64,000 nt of DNA from Candidatus Babelota bacterium. Lineage in GTDB: Bacteria > Babelota > Babeliae > Babelales > UASB340. Both the position numbers and the translations under genes were made by a program. Where the stretch lies: contig WJIY01000017.1 of NCBI GenBank assembly GCA_014730005.1, positions 8,800-72,799 of the forward strand. Reading direction: 5' to 3'. Numbering within the stretch: the stretch's first letter is position 1; each line of letters starts with the position of its first letter. The notes beneath the pieces were generated by a model that saw only the letters and a list, made by a program, of their open reading frames with translations, did no database searches and was not told where the DNA came from. Of this stretch, positions 35,737 through 45,057 are shown one piece after another.

Positions 35737-37468
35737 TTTTTGTAAAAAAAAAATAATAAAACATAAGACTTTTATATTTTCAATATCTATTTTTTCACTT
35801 ATTTTTATTTTGCTTGGGCTTCCATTTAAAAATTGGTGGTTTTACGGAAGCGATGATTTTCATGGATTATATTTAGGTTATAAAACAACAAACTGGAACG
35901 ATCTGTTTTATTTTTTTAAAAATGGACATACCAACCAAGAAATGGGACCATCCAATTATAAATTTTCCAATGAGCCTCAAAATTTTTTTTCAGCATATTA
36001 TAGACCTTTATACTGTATTTATTTAACATTCCAATATTGGTTATTAGGTACAAATGGATACTATTATCATTTGTGTAATGTTTTTTTTCATACAACAAAT
36101 AGTTTATCACTTTTTTATCTCTTCTTGCATCTAACAAATTTATTTACAGCCTTTTTATTCGCTTTAATGTTTGCCGTCCATCCACAAATTGCATATAGAT
36201 TTGGAGCTATCGTAAATCTTCATTATTACATTAACGCAATGCTTCTATTATTGCTTTTTATTTTTTTTAAAAACTATATAGATTCAAAAAAATGGTATTA
36301 TAATTTACTTTCTGTGATCTTGTTTTCTTTATCTTTATTTACACGAGAAACATCTATAGTTATACCAGCAATACTATTTTTAGGATTATATTTATATCCA
36401 CAAAAATATAAATTTTCTAACTTTAAAAACTTGTTAAATAAAACTTTAAATAATTTTTATAAAGTTTTTGGTTTATTATGTTCAGCAATATGTTTTCTAT
36501 TATTGAGAATATATTTATATCCAATTAAATTTACTAATTGCTCAAAACCTTTAAATCTAATTTCAATTATAAGCAAAATAAAAAATAGATTCCCTGAGCT
36601 TAAAGTTTTTATTTACGATGTATTAAGCCTTTCCTGGCTACCATGGGGACAAAAAAACCTTCGCTGTATAATTTTAATATCGATTATTTTATTTTTATTT
36701 TATTCTTTCATTAAAAATACAAAAAAAGTTTATGTCACATATTTTATAACATCTGCATTAATAATGCTTTGGCCTGCTTATTTGGTCAATTACAATCCAC
36801 GTTATTTTTATGAAGCTTATCCCTTTATACTCTTTGCATTCATATTTCTATTTAAATATTCAAAAATAAATTTTAAAAAATTTAAAATTATAGGAACAGC
36901 TACGCTAACTTTTTTTGTAATATTTTTATTTATTTTCACTTTTGTGAATTTTAAAATAAGAGAAAATAAAATGAAAATAATGTCCGGTGCTGTTTATGAA
37001 TTAATACAAAATCCAATAATACAAAACCGCAATCTTTGTTTTATTAGTCACCCATTAGAAAGCTGGGGAGAACAGAATGCTCAAATTTTTTGGACTCTTT
37101 TAAATAATACATCACCGAAGATACTCTTTGATTCTGCTACAGCCATAACCCAAATAGATTGCAACGTTATAAAACCAACTAAATATATAAACATTTGCGC
37201 TGATCTATTTGAACATAATTACTGTAAAATTACACCAATAAAAAATGGTTTTAATTTTAAATCTCTAAACCCTAAAAAAATACATTTTGAACCTAAAATA
37301 GAAAGATCCGATTATTCTTTAGGCAAAAAAATAATTAATAAAACAATAAATTTTAAAGGTCTTGAAGTTGTAACAGATTTTAGCCTTATTTTTGATAAAC
37401 ACTATTTAGATTTAGATCCATTATTTATCAAATGGGATTATGAAAAACGTAAATTTATAATACTTTAA
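35705..37468 (+). CDS. GT-C fold membrane glycosyltransferase, PMT_2/TMTC-like, paralogue 3
   Basis: Motifs GLPFKNWWFYGSDDFHG, SAYYRPLYCIYL, FAVHPQI and FTRETSIVIP are present. The C-terminal domain is collinear with paralogue 1 (NGFNFKSLNP..KWDYEKRKF). It overlaps paralogue 2 by 32 nt. Confidence 0.6.
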   Translation: MINQNLYLIINFCKKKIIKHKTFIFSISIFSLIFILLGLPFKNWWFYGSDDFHGLYLGYKTTNWNDLFYFFKNGHTNQEMGPSNYKFSNEPQNFFSAYYRPLYCIYLTFQYWLLGTNGYYYHLCNVFFHTTNSLSLFYLFLHLTNLFTAFLFALMFAVHPQIAYRFGAIVNLHYYINAMLLLLLFIFFKNYIDSKKWYYNLLSVILFSLSLFTRETSIVIPAILFLGLYLYPQKYKFSNFKNLLNKTLNNFYKVFGLLCSAICFLLLRIYLYPIKFTNCSKPLNLISIISKIKNRFPELKVFIYDVLSLSWLPWGQKNLRCIILISIILFLFYSFIKNTKKVYVTYFITSALIMLWPAYLVNYNPRYFYEAYPFILFAFIFLFKYSKINFKKFKIIGTATLTFFVIFLFIFTFVNFKIRENKMKIMSGAVYELIQNPIIQNRNLCFISHPLESWGEQNAQIFWTLLNNTSPKILFDSATAITQIDCNVIKPTKYINICADLFEHNYCKITPIKNGFNFKSLNPKKIHFEPKIERSDYSLGKKIINKTINFKGLEVVTDFSLIFDKHYLDLDPLFIKWDYEKRKFIIL

Positions 37469-37470
37469 TT

Positions 37471-38682
37471 CTATTCCTGATATTTTTCTTTACTGCTCCA
37501 ACAACGCCTTATTTTATAAAACTCATCAAATATCTGTAATATTTTCTCAACATAACTTTTTGAATTAAAACTTTTAGCTTTTTTAAAACCATTTATAATT
37601 ATTTTTTTACGCAATTGCATATTATGATGTAATTTATGCACACAATGTGCAAGTTCTTCTTCATTTGTAGGATTAAACAATAAAGCAGCACCCTGTAATT
37701 GAAATTGCGAACCATCAACTTTTGCTGCAATCACCGGACATTTTAAAGCAAAAGCTTCTAATGGAGGAATATTATCTGGACCAAAAAAGGATGGAAAAAT
37801 TAAAGCAAAAGCCTTTTTATAAGCAGTTACAAGTTGTTCAATAGAAACAAAACCTAAAAAATAAACTTTTTCTTGCAACCCAAACTCTTTAACTTTTTGT
37901 TTTATATAATTTAAGTTGCCTTTATCTGAACCAGTAAAAACAACCGAAAAACTAAGTCCATATTTTTCTTTTAAAATTTTTAAAGACAATAAAATAACAA
38001 TATGATTTTTATGTGGCCAAAATTGTGCTGGATAAAATAAAAATTTTTCAGGTAATGTTTTTGCAAAATCTACATCAATGTTTTTGCAACTAAAAACAAC
38101 CTCTGGGGTAGGCATAGGAATAAGTTTTACCCTTTTTGGTGGAATTGAATAAAATTGGACTATTTCATTTTTACCAGCATCATTTCCTGTAATAATATAA
38201 GCAGCTCGAGGAATTACAAAATTATATCTTTTCTCTCTTTCGTCAAATTTCCAACCAGCAACACTAACCTCAGGGAAAAAACTTTGCTTCCTATGTTGCA
38301 AATCCCAAATAGTACAAATAAATGGAACCTCAACAAATTCATATGCAGGAGTAACAAACCACATTAATTCAATATTATGTTCATTAATAGCTTTATTTAA
38401 CGGATTAAAATATTTTTTTTCTATTTGTTTTCTTTTGAATTTATAAAAAACTCTCAAAAATTGTTTGTTGATAAAATTACCTCGTGCATAAAACCTTTTT
38501 AATTGAATAAACTTTAAATTATTTTTTGATTTAATTTTATTTGCATCATCAGAAAATATAAAAAACTCATGCTCACTGCTAATTTTAAGCAAATTATTTA
38601 AAATACTTTGTTGAAAAGTAAAAGCCCCACCAGATTTCGAATCCGAAAAAATATATTTACCAAAATAAACGCCTATTTTCAT
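37471..38682 (-). CDS. group 1 (GT4-like, GT-B) glycosyltransferase
   Basis: The C-terminal E-x7-E region FPSFFGPDNIPPLEAFALKCPVIAA is present. 403 aa. Confidence 0.8.
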   Translation of the reverse strand: MKIGVYFGKYIFSDSKSGGAFTFQQSILNNLLKISSEHEFFIFSDDANKIKSKNNLKFIQLKRFYARGNFINKQFLRVFYKFKRKQIEKKYFNPLNKAINEHNIELMWFVTPAYEFVEVPFICTIWDLQHRKQSFFPEVSVAGWKFDEREKRYNFVIPRAAYIITGNDAGKNEIVQFYSIPPKRVKLIPMPTPEVVFSCKNIDVDFAKTLPEKFLFYPAQFWPHKNHIVILLSLKILKEKYGLSFSVVFTGSDKGNLNYIKQKVKEFGLQEKVYFLGFVSIEQLVTAYKKAFALIFPSFFGPDNIPPLEAFALKCPVIAAKVDGSQFQLQGAALLFNPTNEEELAHCVHKLHHNMQLRKKIIINGFKKAKSFNSKSYVEKILQIFDEFYKIRRCWSSKEKYQE

Positions 38683-38685
38683 AAA

Positions 38686-39441
38686 TCAGATTTTTTCACA
38701 AACAAAAGTTACACTCCATGTCTTTTCATTTGGTTTTTTTCCAGATAACCATTCTTCAGCTACAATCAATTTAAAACCATTATCAGATAAAAATTTTTGA
38801 ATTTCATTATTAAACAAATATCGCATAACATGTTTCTCTTCAAAATCTTCAATAAAATTTTTTTTGATATTTTTTATGAAAATCTGATAATTAACATCAA
38901 CAATATTTTTATCCCTATATGTTTTAGGTTCAGCAATACGGGTTAATTTAAAATTATTTTTTTGCAGACGTTTAATCCGAATTTCAGGCTTATTATCTAA
39001 AACTGCTGGTCCATACCAACAGTCAAAAATAAAAATTCCATATTTATTTAAATGTTTTGCAACATTTGTAAAAACTTTTGTTAAATCTTTGTCTGTAGTT
39101 AAGTAGCTTATAACATGAAAAAGAGATAATACTACATCAAAATTTTGATTAAACTTAAAGTCTCTAATATCCCCACTCATAAATGATAAATTTTTATGTT
39201 TAAAATTTTTTTGTGCTAAATTTATCATTTGTTTACTTAAATCAATGCCCTTAATTTTATATCCTTTTTTAGCCAACAATGCCGCATGCTTTCCTGTTCC
39301 ACATCCAAGATCTAAAATATTATTACATAAGTTTTTGGAATATTTTTGAATTAATTTTTGAATATAATCTATTTCTTCTTGATAATTTTTATCTGCATAT
39401 AAAGCATCATAATAAAATGCATATTTTTGAAATACATTCAC
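38686..39441 (-). CDS. class I SAM methyltransferase, TylM1/DesVI-like architecture (possible amino-sugar N-methyltransferase)
   Basis: Motifs YAFYYDALYADKNYQEEIDYIQKLI...ILDLGCGTGKHAALLAKKGYKIKGIDLS...GDIRDFKFNQNFDVV are present. The layout matches my memory of sugar N,N-dimethyltransferases, but generic methyltransferases share it. Confidence 0.6.
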   Translation of the reverse strand: MNVFQKYAFYYDALYADKNYQEEIDYIQKLIQKYSKNLCNNILDLGCGTGKHAALLAKKGYKIKGIDLSKQMINLAQKNFKHKNLSFMSGDIRDFKFNQNFDVVLSLFHVISYLTTDKDLTKVFTNVAKHLNKYGIFIFDCWYGPAVLDNKPEIRIKRLQKNNFKLTRIAEPKTYRDKNIVDVNYQIFIKNIKKNFIEDFEEKHVMRYLFNNEIQKFLSDNGFKLIVAEEWLSGKKPNEKTWSVTFVCEKI

Positions 39442-40610
39442 CTCAAAACCTCTTTTAAAACGCTACAAACTCTTTCCATTTCTGTTCTTTTTAATCCCAA
39501 TCCACTTGGTATATAAAAACCTCTTCTTGCCAAATTTTCAGCGATTGGAAATTTTTGATTTTTAAAGAATCCTAGTTTTTTAAATACAGGTTGTTCATGC
39601 ATACACCAAAAAAAAGGTCTTGTACCAATTCCTTTTACGTTCAATTTTTGCATAATATTTTCCGCATCAAACTTGAATTGTTGATTTAATACAATACCAT
39701 AAACCCAATAAATATTTTGAGCGTAATTTGTTGATTCTAATGGTAAATCAATATTTAAATTTTCTTTCAAATTTTTAGTATAAAATTTACCCATTTCTCT
39801 TTTTACATCTATAAATCTATCAATCTGTTCTAACTGAGCCAAACCCAAAGCAGCTTGGATATTAGTCATTCTAAAATTAAAACCTAGCTCATCGTGAACA
39901 AATCTTTTTTCCTTTTTAAAACAAAGATTTCTCAATGATCTACATTTTTCTGACAAATTTTCATCATCAGTTAAAACCATGCCACCTTCACCTGTTGTTA
40001 TATGCTTATTTGGATAAAAACTAAATGTACTAACATCACCGAAACTACCACATTTTTTACTTTTATAATTTTGACCATGCATCTGAGCAGCATCTTCAAT
40101 TATTTTTAATTTATGCTTTTTAGCAAGGTTTAGTATCGGATCTAGATCAACAGGTAACCCATAAATATGTACAACCATAATCGCTTTAGTTTTTTCAGTA
40201 ATATTTTTTTCAATTTGCTCTACGTTCATATTCCAAGTTATTGGATCACTATCAACTAAAACAGGAATAGCACCCGCTCTTACTAGTGCTGCGGCACAAG
40301 AAATAATTGTAAAAGTTGGCATTATTACTTCATCACCCTCTTTAATTCCAAGAGCATTTATTGCTACATCTAAAGCAACAGAGCCATTACAAACAGCTAT
40401 TCCAAACCTCCTTTCAACATACGTTGCAAATTTTTCTTCAAATCTTTTTACAAAAGAACCTTCTGAAGATATCCATCCAGATTCTATACATTCATTTACA
40501 TATTTTTTTTCATTACCCTTTAAAATCGGCCTATTAACTGGAATAAAATTTTCTAATTTTTTAGTTTTTTGAATAAAACTTTTATTTTTTTCTAAACAAA
40601 GTTCAAACAT
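39438..40610 (-). CDS. DegT/DnrJ/EryC1/StrS-family PLP sugar aminotransferase
   Basis: Motifs GNEKKYVNECIESGWISSEGSFVKRFEEKF, NGSVALDVA and FSFYPNKHITTGEGGMV (PLP Lys) are present. The regiochemistry cannot be read from the sequence. Confidence 0.85.
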   Translation of the reverse strand: MFELCLEKNKSFIQKTKKLENFIPVNRPILKGNEKKYVNECIESGWISSEGSFVKRFEEKFATYVERRFGIAVCNGSVALDVAINALGIKEGDEVIMPTFTIISCAAALVRAGAIPVLVDSDPITWNMNVEQIEKNITEKTKAIMVVHIYGLPVDLDPILNLAKKHKLKIIEDAAQMHGQNYKSKKCGSFGDVSTFSFYPNKHITTGEGGMVLTDDENLSEKCRSLRNLCFKKEKRFVHDELGFNFRMTNIQAALGLAQLEQIDRFIDVKREMGKFYTKNLKENLNIDLPLESTNYAQNIYWVYGIVLNQQFKFDAENIMQKLNVKGIGTRPFFWCMHEQPVFKKLGFFKNQKFPIAENLARRGFYIPSGLGLKRTEMERVCSVLKEVLR

Positions 40611-40618
40611 ATAAAAAG

Positions 40619-41047
40619 TTATCTTATTAAAATTTCAGTATTATCAATCCCCTGGAAACGACTTTTATCCTCTTCACCAGCATAAGGACCTTGTTTAACT
40701 TCAAACATTTCAAGATCTTCTAGTACTTCAAAACCATGACCTCCATGGGCAAGTAAAATCACATCCCCTGCATTTAAAATTGTGCTTTGTAAATAATCTT
40801 TTTTTTCATCATAAAAATCAACCCGCAATTTTCCTTTTTTTATAAATAATACTTCTTTGGTATATAAAACTTCTCTAGTAACAGGATTATGAATATGGGG
40901 TTGTATAATTTTTCCTTTTTTGTGATTCATACAAGCCAATTGTTGCGAAAAATCATTTGGAGTAAAAAACGATATTCCATCGTTTTGAAAATTATTTCTA
41001 ACAATAATGGCAGCAAGTTTTTTTCCAGCAAAAATTTTTTCAATCAT
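40619..41047 (-). CDS. cupin-fold protein (candidate NDP-sugar isomerase/epimerase)
   Basis: 142 aa with a two-motif cupin pattern (QPHIHNP ... GDVILLAHGGHGFEVL). It lies immediately upstream of the aminotransferase. The exact family (FdtA/WxcM/WbuC-like) is not resolvable by eye. Confidence 0.5.
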   Translation of the reverse strand: MIEKIFAGKKLAAIIVRNNFQNDGISFFTPNDFSQQLACMNHKKGKIIQPHIHNPVTREVLYTKEVLFIKKGKLRVDFYDEKKDYLQSTILNAGDVILLAHGGHGFEVLEDLEMFEVKQGPYAGEEDKSRFQGIDNTEILIR

Positions 41048-43095
41048 TATGCTCTCAAAATAAATAATGATAAAGGATCTCTTTCTGTTCCTAAAAATTT
41101 TGAAAATTGCAATTCATCACGTTTAACTATCGATTGTTCTTCAGGAATATAACTTATAACCGCACAAAATTTTTCTTTTAAATCTCCAATGTTTTCATTA
41201 ATATTTTTAATAAAAAACTCTCTATCCAATTTTTCATTAAAAATAATCCACAACCAATATTCATTGATGCATCCACAAGGCTCTATAAAAATATTTTTTA
41301 CCTTATATTCATTTAAAACATCAGCAATAAAAACATACTTGTTATATTCGTCTATTTTGCCATGAAAAAACTTAATATCATGTGAAGAATAAAACATTGT
41401 AGAATTTCCTAAAATGGGGCTTTTCTTATTAAAAAAAACATATGGAATAGCAAACACAAAAATACATAGAATAAAAATTCTCCAAAGTGATTCTTTTTTA
41501 AAAACAAATTGCAAGACAAAATAATATATCAATCCACAAATAACCAAAGTTGCAAAAACAAGTTTATTTTTTATTAAAAATGATAACATCCAATAACTTC
41601 CAAGCAAGATAAGCAAGACATAAAAAGCTTTGACACTCAAACAATTTAAGCGTAAAGAAAGATCCTTGAAAACACATACGATTATCGGAACAGAAATAAC
41701 AAAAAATGGCAAATCCAAACGTGTAATCCATGGTTGCCATTTAAAAATTAATGAAAATAACAAATAACCGCTCAATAAACAGAACAAGTAAATCAATACA
41801 TTATATCTCTTCGCTGAAATATAACTTTTCAAATTGAATAAAAAATAAAATAAACAAAAAAACAAAATAAAAATAAAAAAGAAATTACCCGATCTATCTT
41901 CATCAATACAAAAAAACGGTTCATAAGTTTCTCTACCAAAAGTTATTGGTTTTTCTTGAGTTGAAATACCCAAAATTTTTTCATGGAAACTATCTATTAA
42001 TTTATTATATACCCTGTTGGCAAAAGGAAAAGCCATATGCATAGAGATATTGCGTACTAAATTTGATATTAAAAATTTTGCATTAATAGTTTCATTTTTA
42101 ACCAGTCCAATAAAAAATTTAGGGCCTAAAAAATTTCCACAAAAATTATAATTCCGTATCCAAAATGGAAAATTAATCATTAATATAATAAAAATAAAAA
42201 AAGCTAATACATAAAAAGCTTTTTTCCAAGATTTAATAAATAAAACAACAAGAAGCCATAACAAAAATGGAAAAGAAAAAATCGCCATCGTAGCTTTTGT
42301 AAAAAATCCAAGACCCAACGCTATTCCTGAAAATATAAAATCTGATTTACTCCGCATTTTAGAAAAAATAATTCTCAAACTAAAAAATATAAACACACAT
42401 AACAAAAATGCCGCTAAATAATCTGTTTGTGTTGTCGTTGACTGTAAAATTCCCATAGGAATAGCAGCAACCAACAAACATGATAAAATTTGAAATTTAT
42501 AATTAAATCCAAACAACTCAACAATTAACGAAATCAAAAACATTGACCCCAACATTGAAGAAAATTGAACAATATAAAACCATAAATCAGATCCTGCCAA
42601 TAATTTTAAATGCAATAAAACGAATTCTGACAATGGTGGGGTATAAAGCTGCCTAAAATCCCCAGTAAGATAATGATTTAAGCTATTATTTTGGATCCAA
42701 TGCGCAATTCTTGGTAAATGATATCCTAAAGAATCACTATTATTTGGTGGATAATAAAGTCCTTGAAAAAATAATGGAACCAGAATTAACAAAAACATCA
42801 ATCCAAAAATAACCACACTTTGATCGTTTAATTTTATCTTTCTTAAATTAATATTTTTTTTAAAAAACAATATGACAAACAAAGTTATTGATAGTATCAG
42901 CCAACAACTAAAATCTGTAACAAAATTCAATTGCCCCAAAAAAGATAATACTTCTGTAAAAAAGGCTGAGATTAAAAAGATCGAAATTAAAGCTTTTGTA
43001 AATGCCAATCTAAAATTTGTAAACGAATTATCATCATTTCTAGTAAATAAAAAAAATAATAAAATAAAATTTAAAAACAATATTAAAGTAAACAT
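41047..43095 (-). CDS. large polytopic membrane protein, GT-C / ArnT-PMT (GT39)-like candidate
   Basis: 682 aa with at least 12 hydrophobic segments. An early loop reads GLYYPPNNSDSLGYHLPRIAHW. The C-terminal ~130 aa are soluble. Its stop overlaps the cupin start by 1 nt (TAATG). Confidence 0.45.
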   Translation of the reverse strand: MFTLILFLNFILLFFLFTRNDDNSFTNFRLAFTKALISIFLISAFFTEVLSFLGQLNFVTDFSCWLILSITLFVILFFKKNINLRKIKLNDQSVVIFGLMFLLILVPLFFQGLYYPPNNSDSLGYHLPRIAHWIQNNSLNHYLTGDFRQLYTPPLSEFVLLHLKLLAGSDLWFYIVQFSSMLGSMFLISLIVELFGFNYKFQILSCLLVAAIPMGILQSTTTQTDYLAAFLLCVFIFFSLRIIFSKMRSKSDFIFSGIALGLGFFTKATMAIFSFPFLLWLLVVLFIKSWKKAFYVLAFFIFIILMINFPFWIRNYNFCGNFLGPKFFIGLVKNETINAKFLISNLVRNISMHMAFPFANRVYNKLIDSFHEKILGISTQEKPITFGRETYEPFFCIDEDRSGNFFFIFILFFCLFYFLFNLKSYISAKRYNVLIYLFCLLSGYLLFSLIFKWQPWITRLDLPFFVISVPIIVCVFKDLSLRLNCLSVKAFYVLLILLGSYWMLSFLIKNKLVFATLVICGLIYYFVLQFVFKKESLWRIFILCIFVFAIPYVFFNKKSPILGNSTMFYSSHDIKFFHGKIDEYNKYVFIADVLNEYKVKNIFIEPCGCINEYWLWIIFNEKLDREFFIKNINENIGDLKEKFCAVISYIPEEQSIVKRDELQFSKFLGTERDPLSLFILRA

Positions 43096-43107
43096 TACAT
43101 TATCACT

Positions 43108-43956
43108 TTACAATTTTCTCAGCACACACATATGCATATGATTATGTAAAAATGGAATTTTACTTAATATTAAATTAACAATTTTACCAAATCTAGTCAT
43201 CTTGAATTGCCAATTATCAAATTCAACTAATCTAGTCCCAAACGTATGGAATAAACCATCAACATGTGCAATGGGTAAACTTGCAATAATCTCAAAACCA
43301 GAATTTTTACAAATTTTTTCAAACTGTAATGGAGTAAAACGATACTCAAAAAATTCTCCTATCTGCGGTTCAATAAAATAAGAAAATCTTTTTTTATTTT
43401 TAACAATGAGTTTTTTACCAAATATTTTTCGAATAAAATTTTTTTTTCTCAAATCTAAAAAACTAAAAAAGTATTTGATCTGTCTTAAAAAGTTAAAACT
43501 TGGAATCGTTATTATTGCAATCCCTCCTTTTTTTAAAACATTATATATACTCTTCATAGGTAAATTAGGCCCCGCTGGAAAATGCTCTATTACTCCATAG
43601 CTTAAAACAATATCAAATGATTCTTTTTGGTAAGTCATATTCAAGATATTACCATTAATAACATTTAATTCTGGATATGATTTATTAAGAAAATCAACTG
43701 CTGCTTTATTAATCTCAATTCCATAAATATTTTTGAAACCAAGATCATATAAATACTTTACGACTCTTCCCAAACCACATCCGGCCTCTAGAATTTTAAG
43801 ATTTTTATCTTTTAAATATTTCAATGTGATTAAAACTTCATCATCTTTAGAACAACTTTGTAATAAATATTCAAAATTATCATTATTCCAAGAAAAAATG
43901 GTGCTTTTCCCCTGCTCTTTGAGTTTTTGTTCATTCATTACTACATACTCAATCAA
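43108..43956 (-). CDS. class I SAM-dependent methyltransferase
   Basis: Motif I ILEAGCGLGRVVKYLYDLGFKNIYGIEIN and FDIVLSYGVIEHF are present. Confidence 0.75.
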   Translation of the reverse strand: MIEYVVMNEQKLKEQGKSTIFSWNNDNFEYLLQSCSKDDEVLITLKYLKDKNLKILEAGCGLGRVVKYLYDLGFKNIYGIEINKAAVDFLNKSYPELNVINGNILNMTYQKESFDIVLSYGVIEHFPAGPNLPMKSIYNVLKKGGIAIITIPSFNFLRQIKYFFSFLDLRKKNFIRKIFGKKLIVKNKKRFSYFIEPQIGEFFEYRFTPLQFEKICKNSGFEIIASLPIAHVDGLFHTFGTRLVEFDNWQFKMTRFGKIVNLILSKIPFLHNHMHMCVLRKL

Positions 43957-43968
43957 ATAAAGAATAGA

Positions 43969-45057
43969 CTAATCAAAAATACCCTCTTTCCACCAAATTC
44001 TTTTATTAAAAACTCCTGAAAAATCATGTTTCTCAAAAAAATATTTATATACATTTAAACGTGAGTTATGATTCAAAAATTTTCCCGCTTTTTTATTAAC
44101 AAAATCTTCAAGCCCTTTAGCTGCTAAATTAAATTTCAATTTACCCATAGGTAAAAAAGATAAAAACTTTTTACGAAAAATAGCTTTACTTAAATAAAAA
44201 TTAAAACAAGATTGCATATGCCAAAAAAGAACTCGTTTTTTTATAAAATAATTTTTTGCATCTTCTCTTTTATAAGAAAAATAATCTATTCCATTTTCTC
44301 GTATATATTTATAAGAAAAATTTTCATCGTAACTATGCACAAAAAGAGGGTTTTCAAAACAAATATAATCATTTAACGCCAACAAAATATCTTCTATCTT
44401 ATCTTGTATAATTTTTTCACTATGTATCAAATGTGAAATAAAATCTTGATCACTAGTAATAATCTTTCTAAATCTTGATCCAGCCCAACGAGTTTTAAAC
44501 GTTATTTCCCAACCAAATCTATCTCGCCAAGCTTTATCAGAATAATTTTCAATATCTTTTACAAATAAATTTAATTCCTCATTATATTGTGAAAACCAAT
44601 CTATATTTGAAATACAAGTAAAAGCAGGACAACCTTGTAGAACAAATGTTTTTCCTTTTAATTTTTTTGCAATAACTAAAGGATCCTCATTAAAAATAAT
44701 ATCACCATCATAATGAATAACCTGCTCATTTTGAAAAAACTTTTCTAAAACTGGCCATCTCAAAAAACATTTTTTTTCATAATTACCAAACCGATTTAAT
44801 TCCGAATATTTTTTATCAAAAAAATTATACAGATCTGAAACATCAAAAAGTGAATATCCCAAATTTTGTAAATCTGATTTATATTGTTGTGAAAGATTAT
44901 TAAATCCATTAAAAAACAAAATATTTATATCATTACTAAAACTAAGTTTTAAATTTCGTTCCCCCACAAACTTTAATGGAACAAAATTTTCAAAATCTTT
45001 TTCATTAGTATTGCACCATGCAATAACAACATTTTTCATAATCAACCATTTAATCAA
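43969..45057 (-). CDS. hypothetical protein, GT-A/GT8-like DxD glycosyltransferase candidate
   Basis: Motifs NVVIAWCNTNEKDF and FLRWPVLEKFF..EQVIHYDGDIIF resemble the GT8 layout (Rossmann start, then R..ip.....vlY.D.D). The ORF-track start is a TTG at 45057; the ATG at 45039 (MKNVVIAW) is equally plausible. Confidence 0.4.
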   Translation of the reverse strand: MIKWLIMKNVVIAWCNTNEKDFENFVPLKFVGERNLKLSFSNDINILFFNGFNNLSQQYKSDLQNLGYSLFDVSDLYNFFDKKYSELNRFGNYEKKCFLRWPVLEKFFQNEQVIHYDGDIIFNEDPLVIAKKLKGKTFVLQGCPAFTCISNIDWFSQYNEELNLFVKDIENYSDKAWRDRFGWEITFKTRWAGSRFRKIITSDQDFISHLIHSEKIIQDKIEDILLALNDYICFENPLFVHSYDENFSYKYIRENGIDYFSYKREDAKNYFIKKRVLFWHMQSCFNFYLSKAIFRKKFLSFLPMGKLKFNLAAKGLEDFVNKKAGKFLNHNSRLNVYKYFFEKHDFSGVFNKRIWWKEGIFD

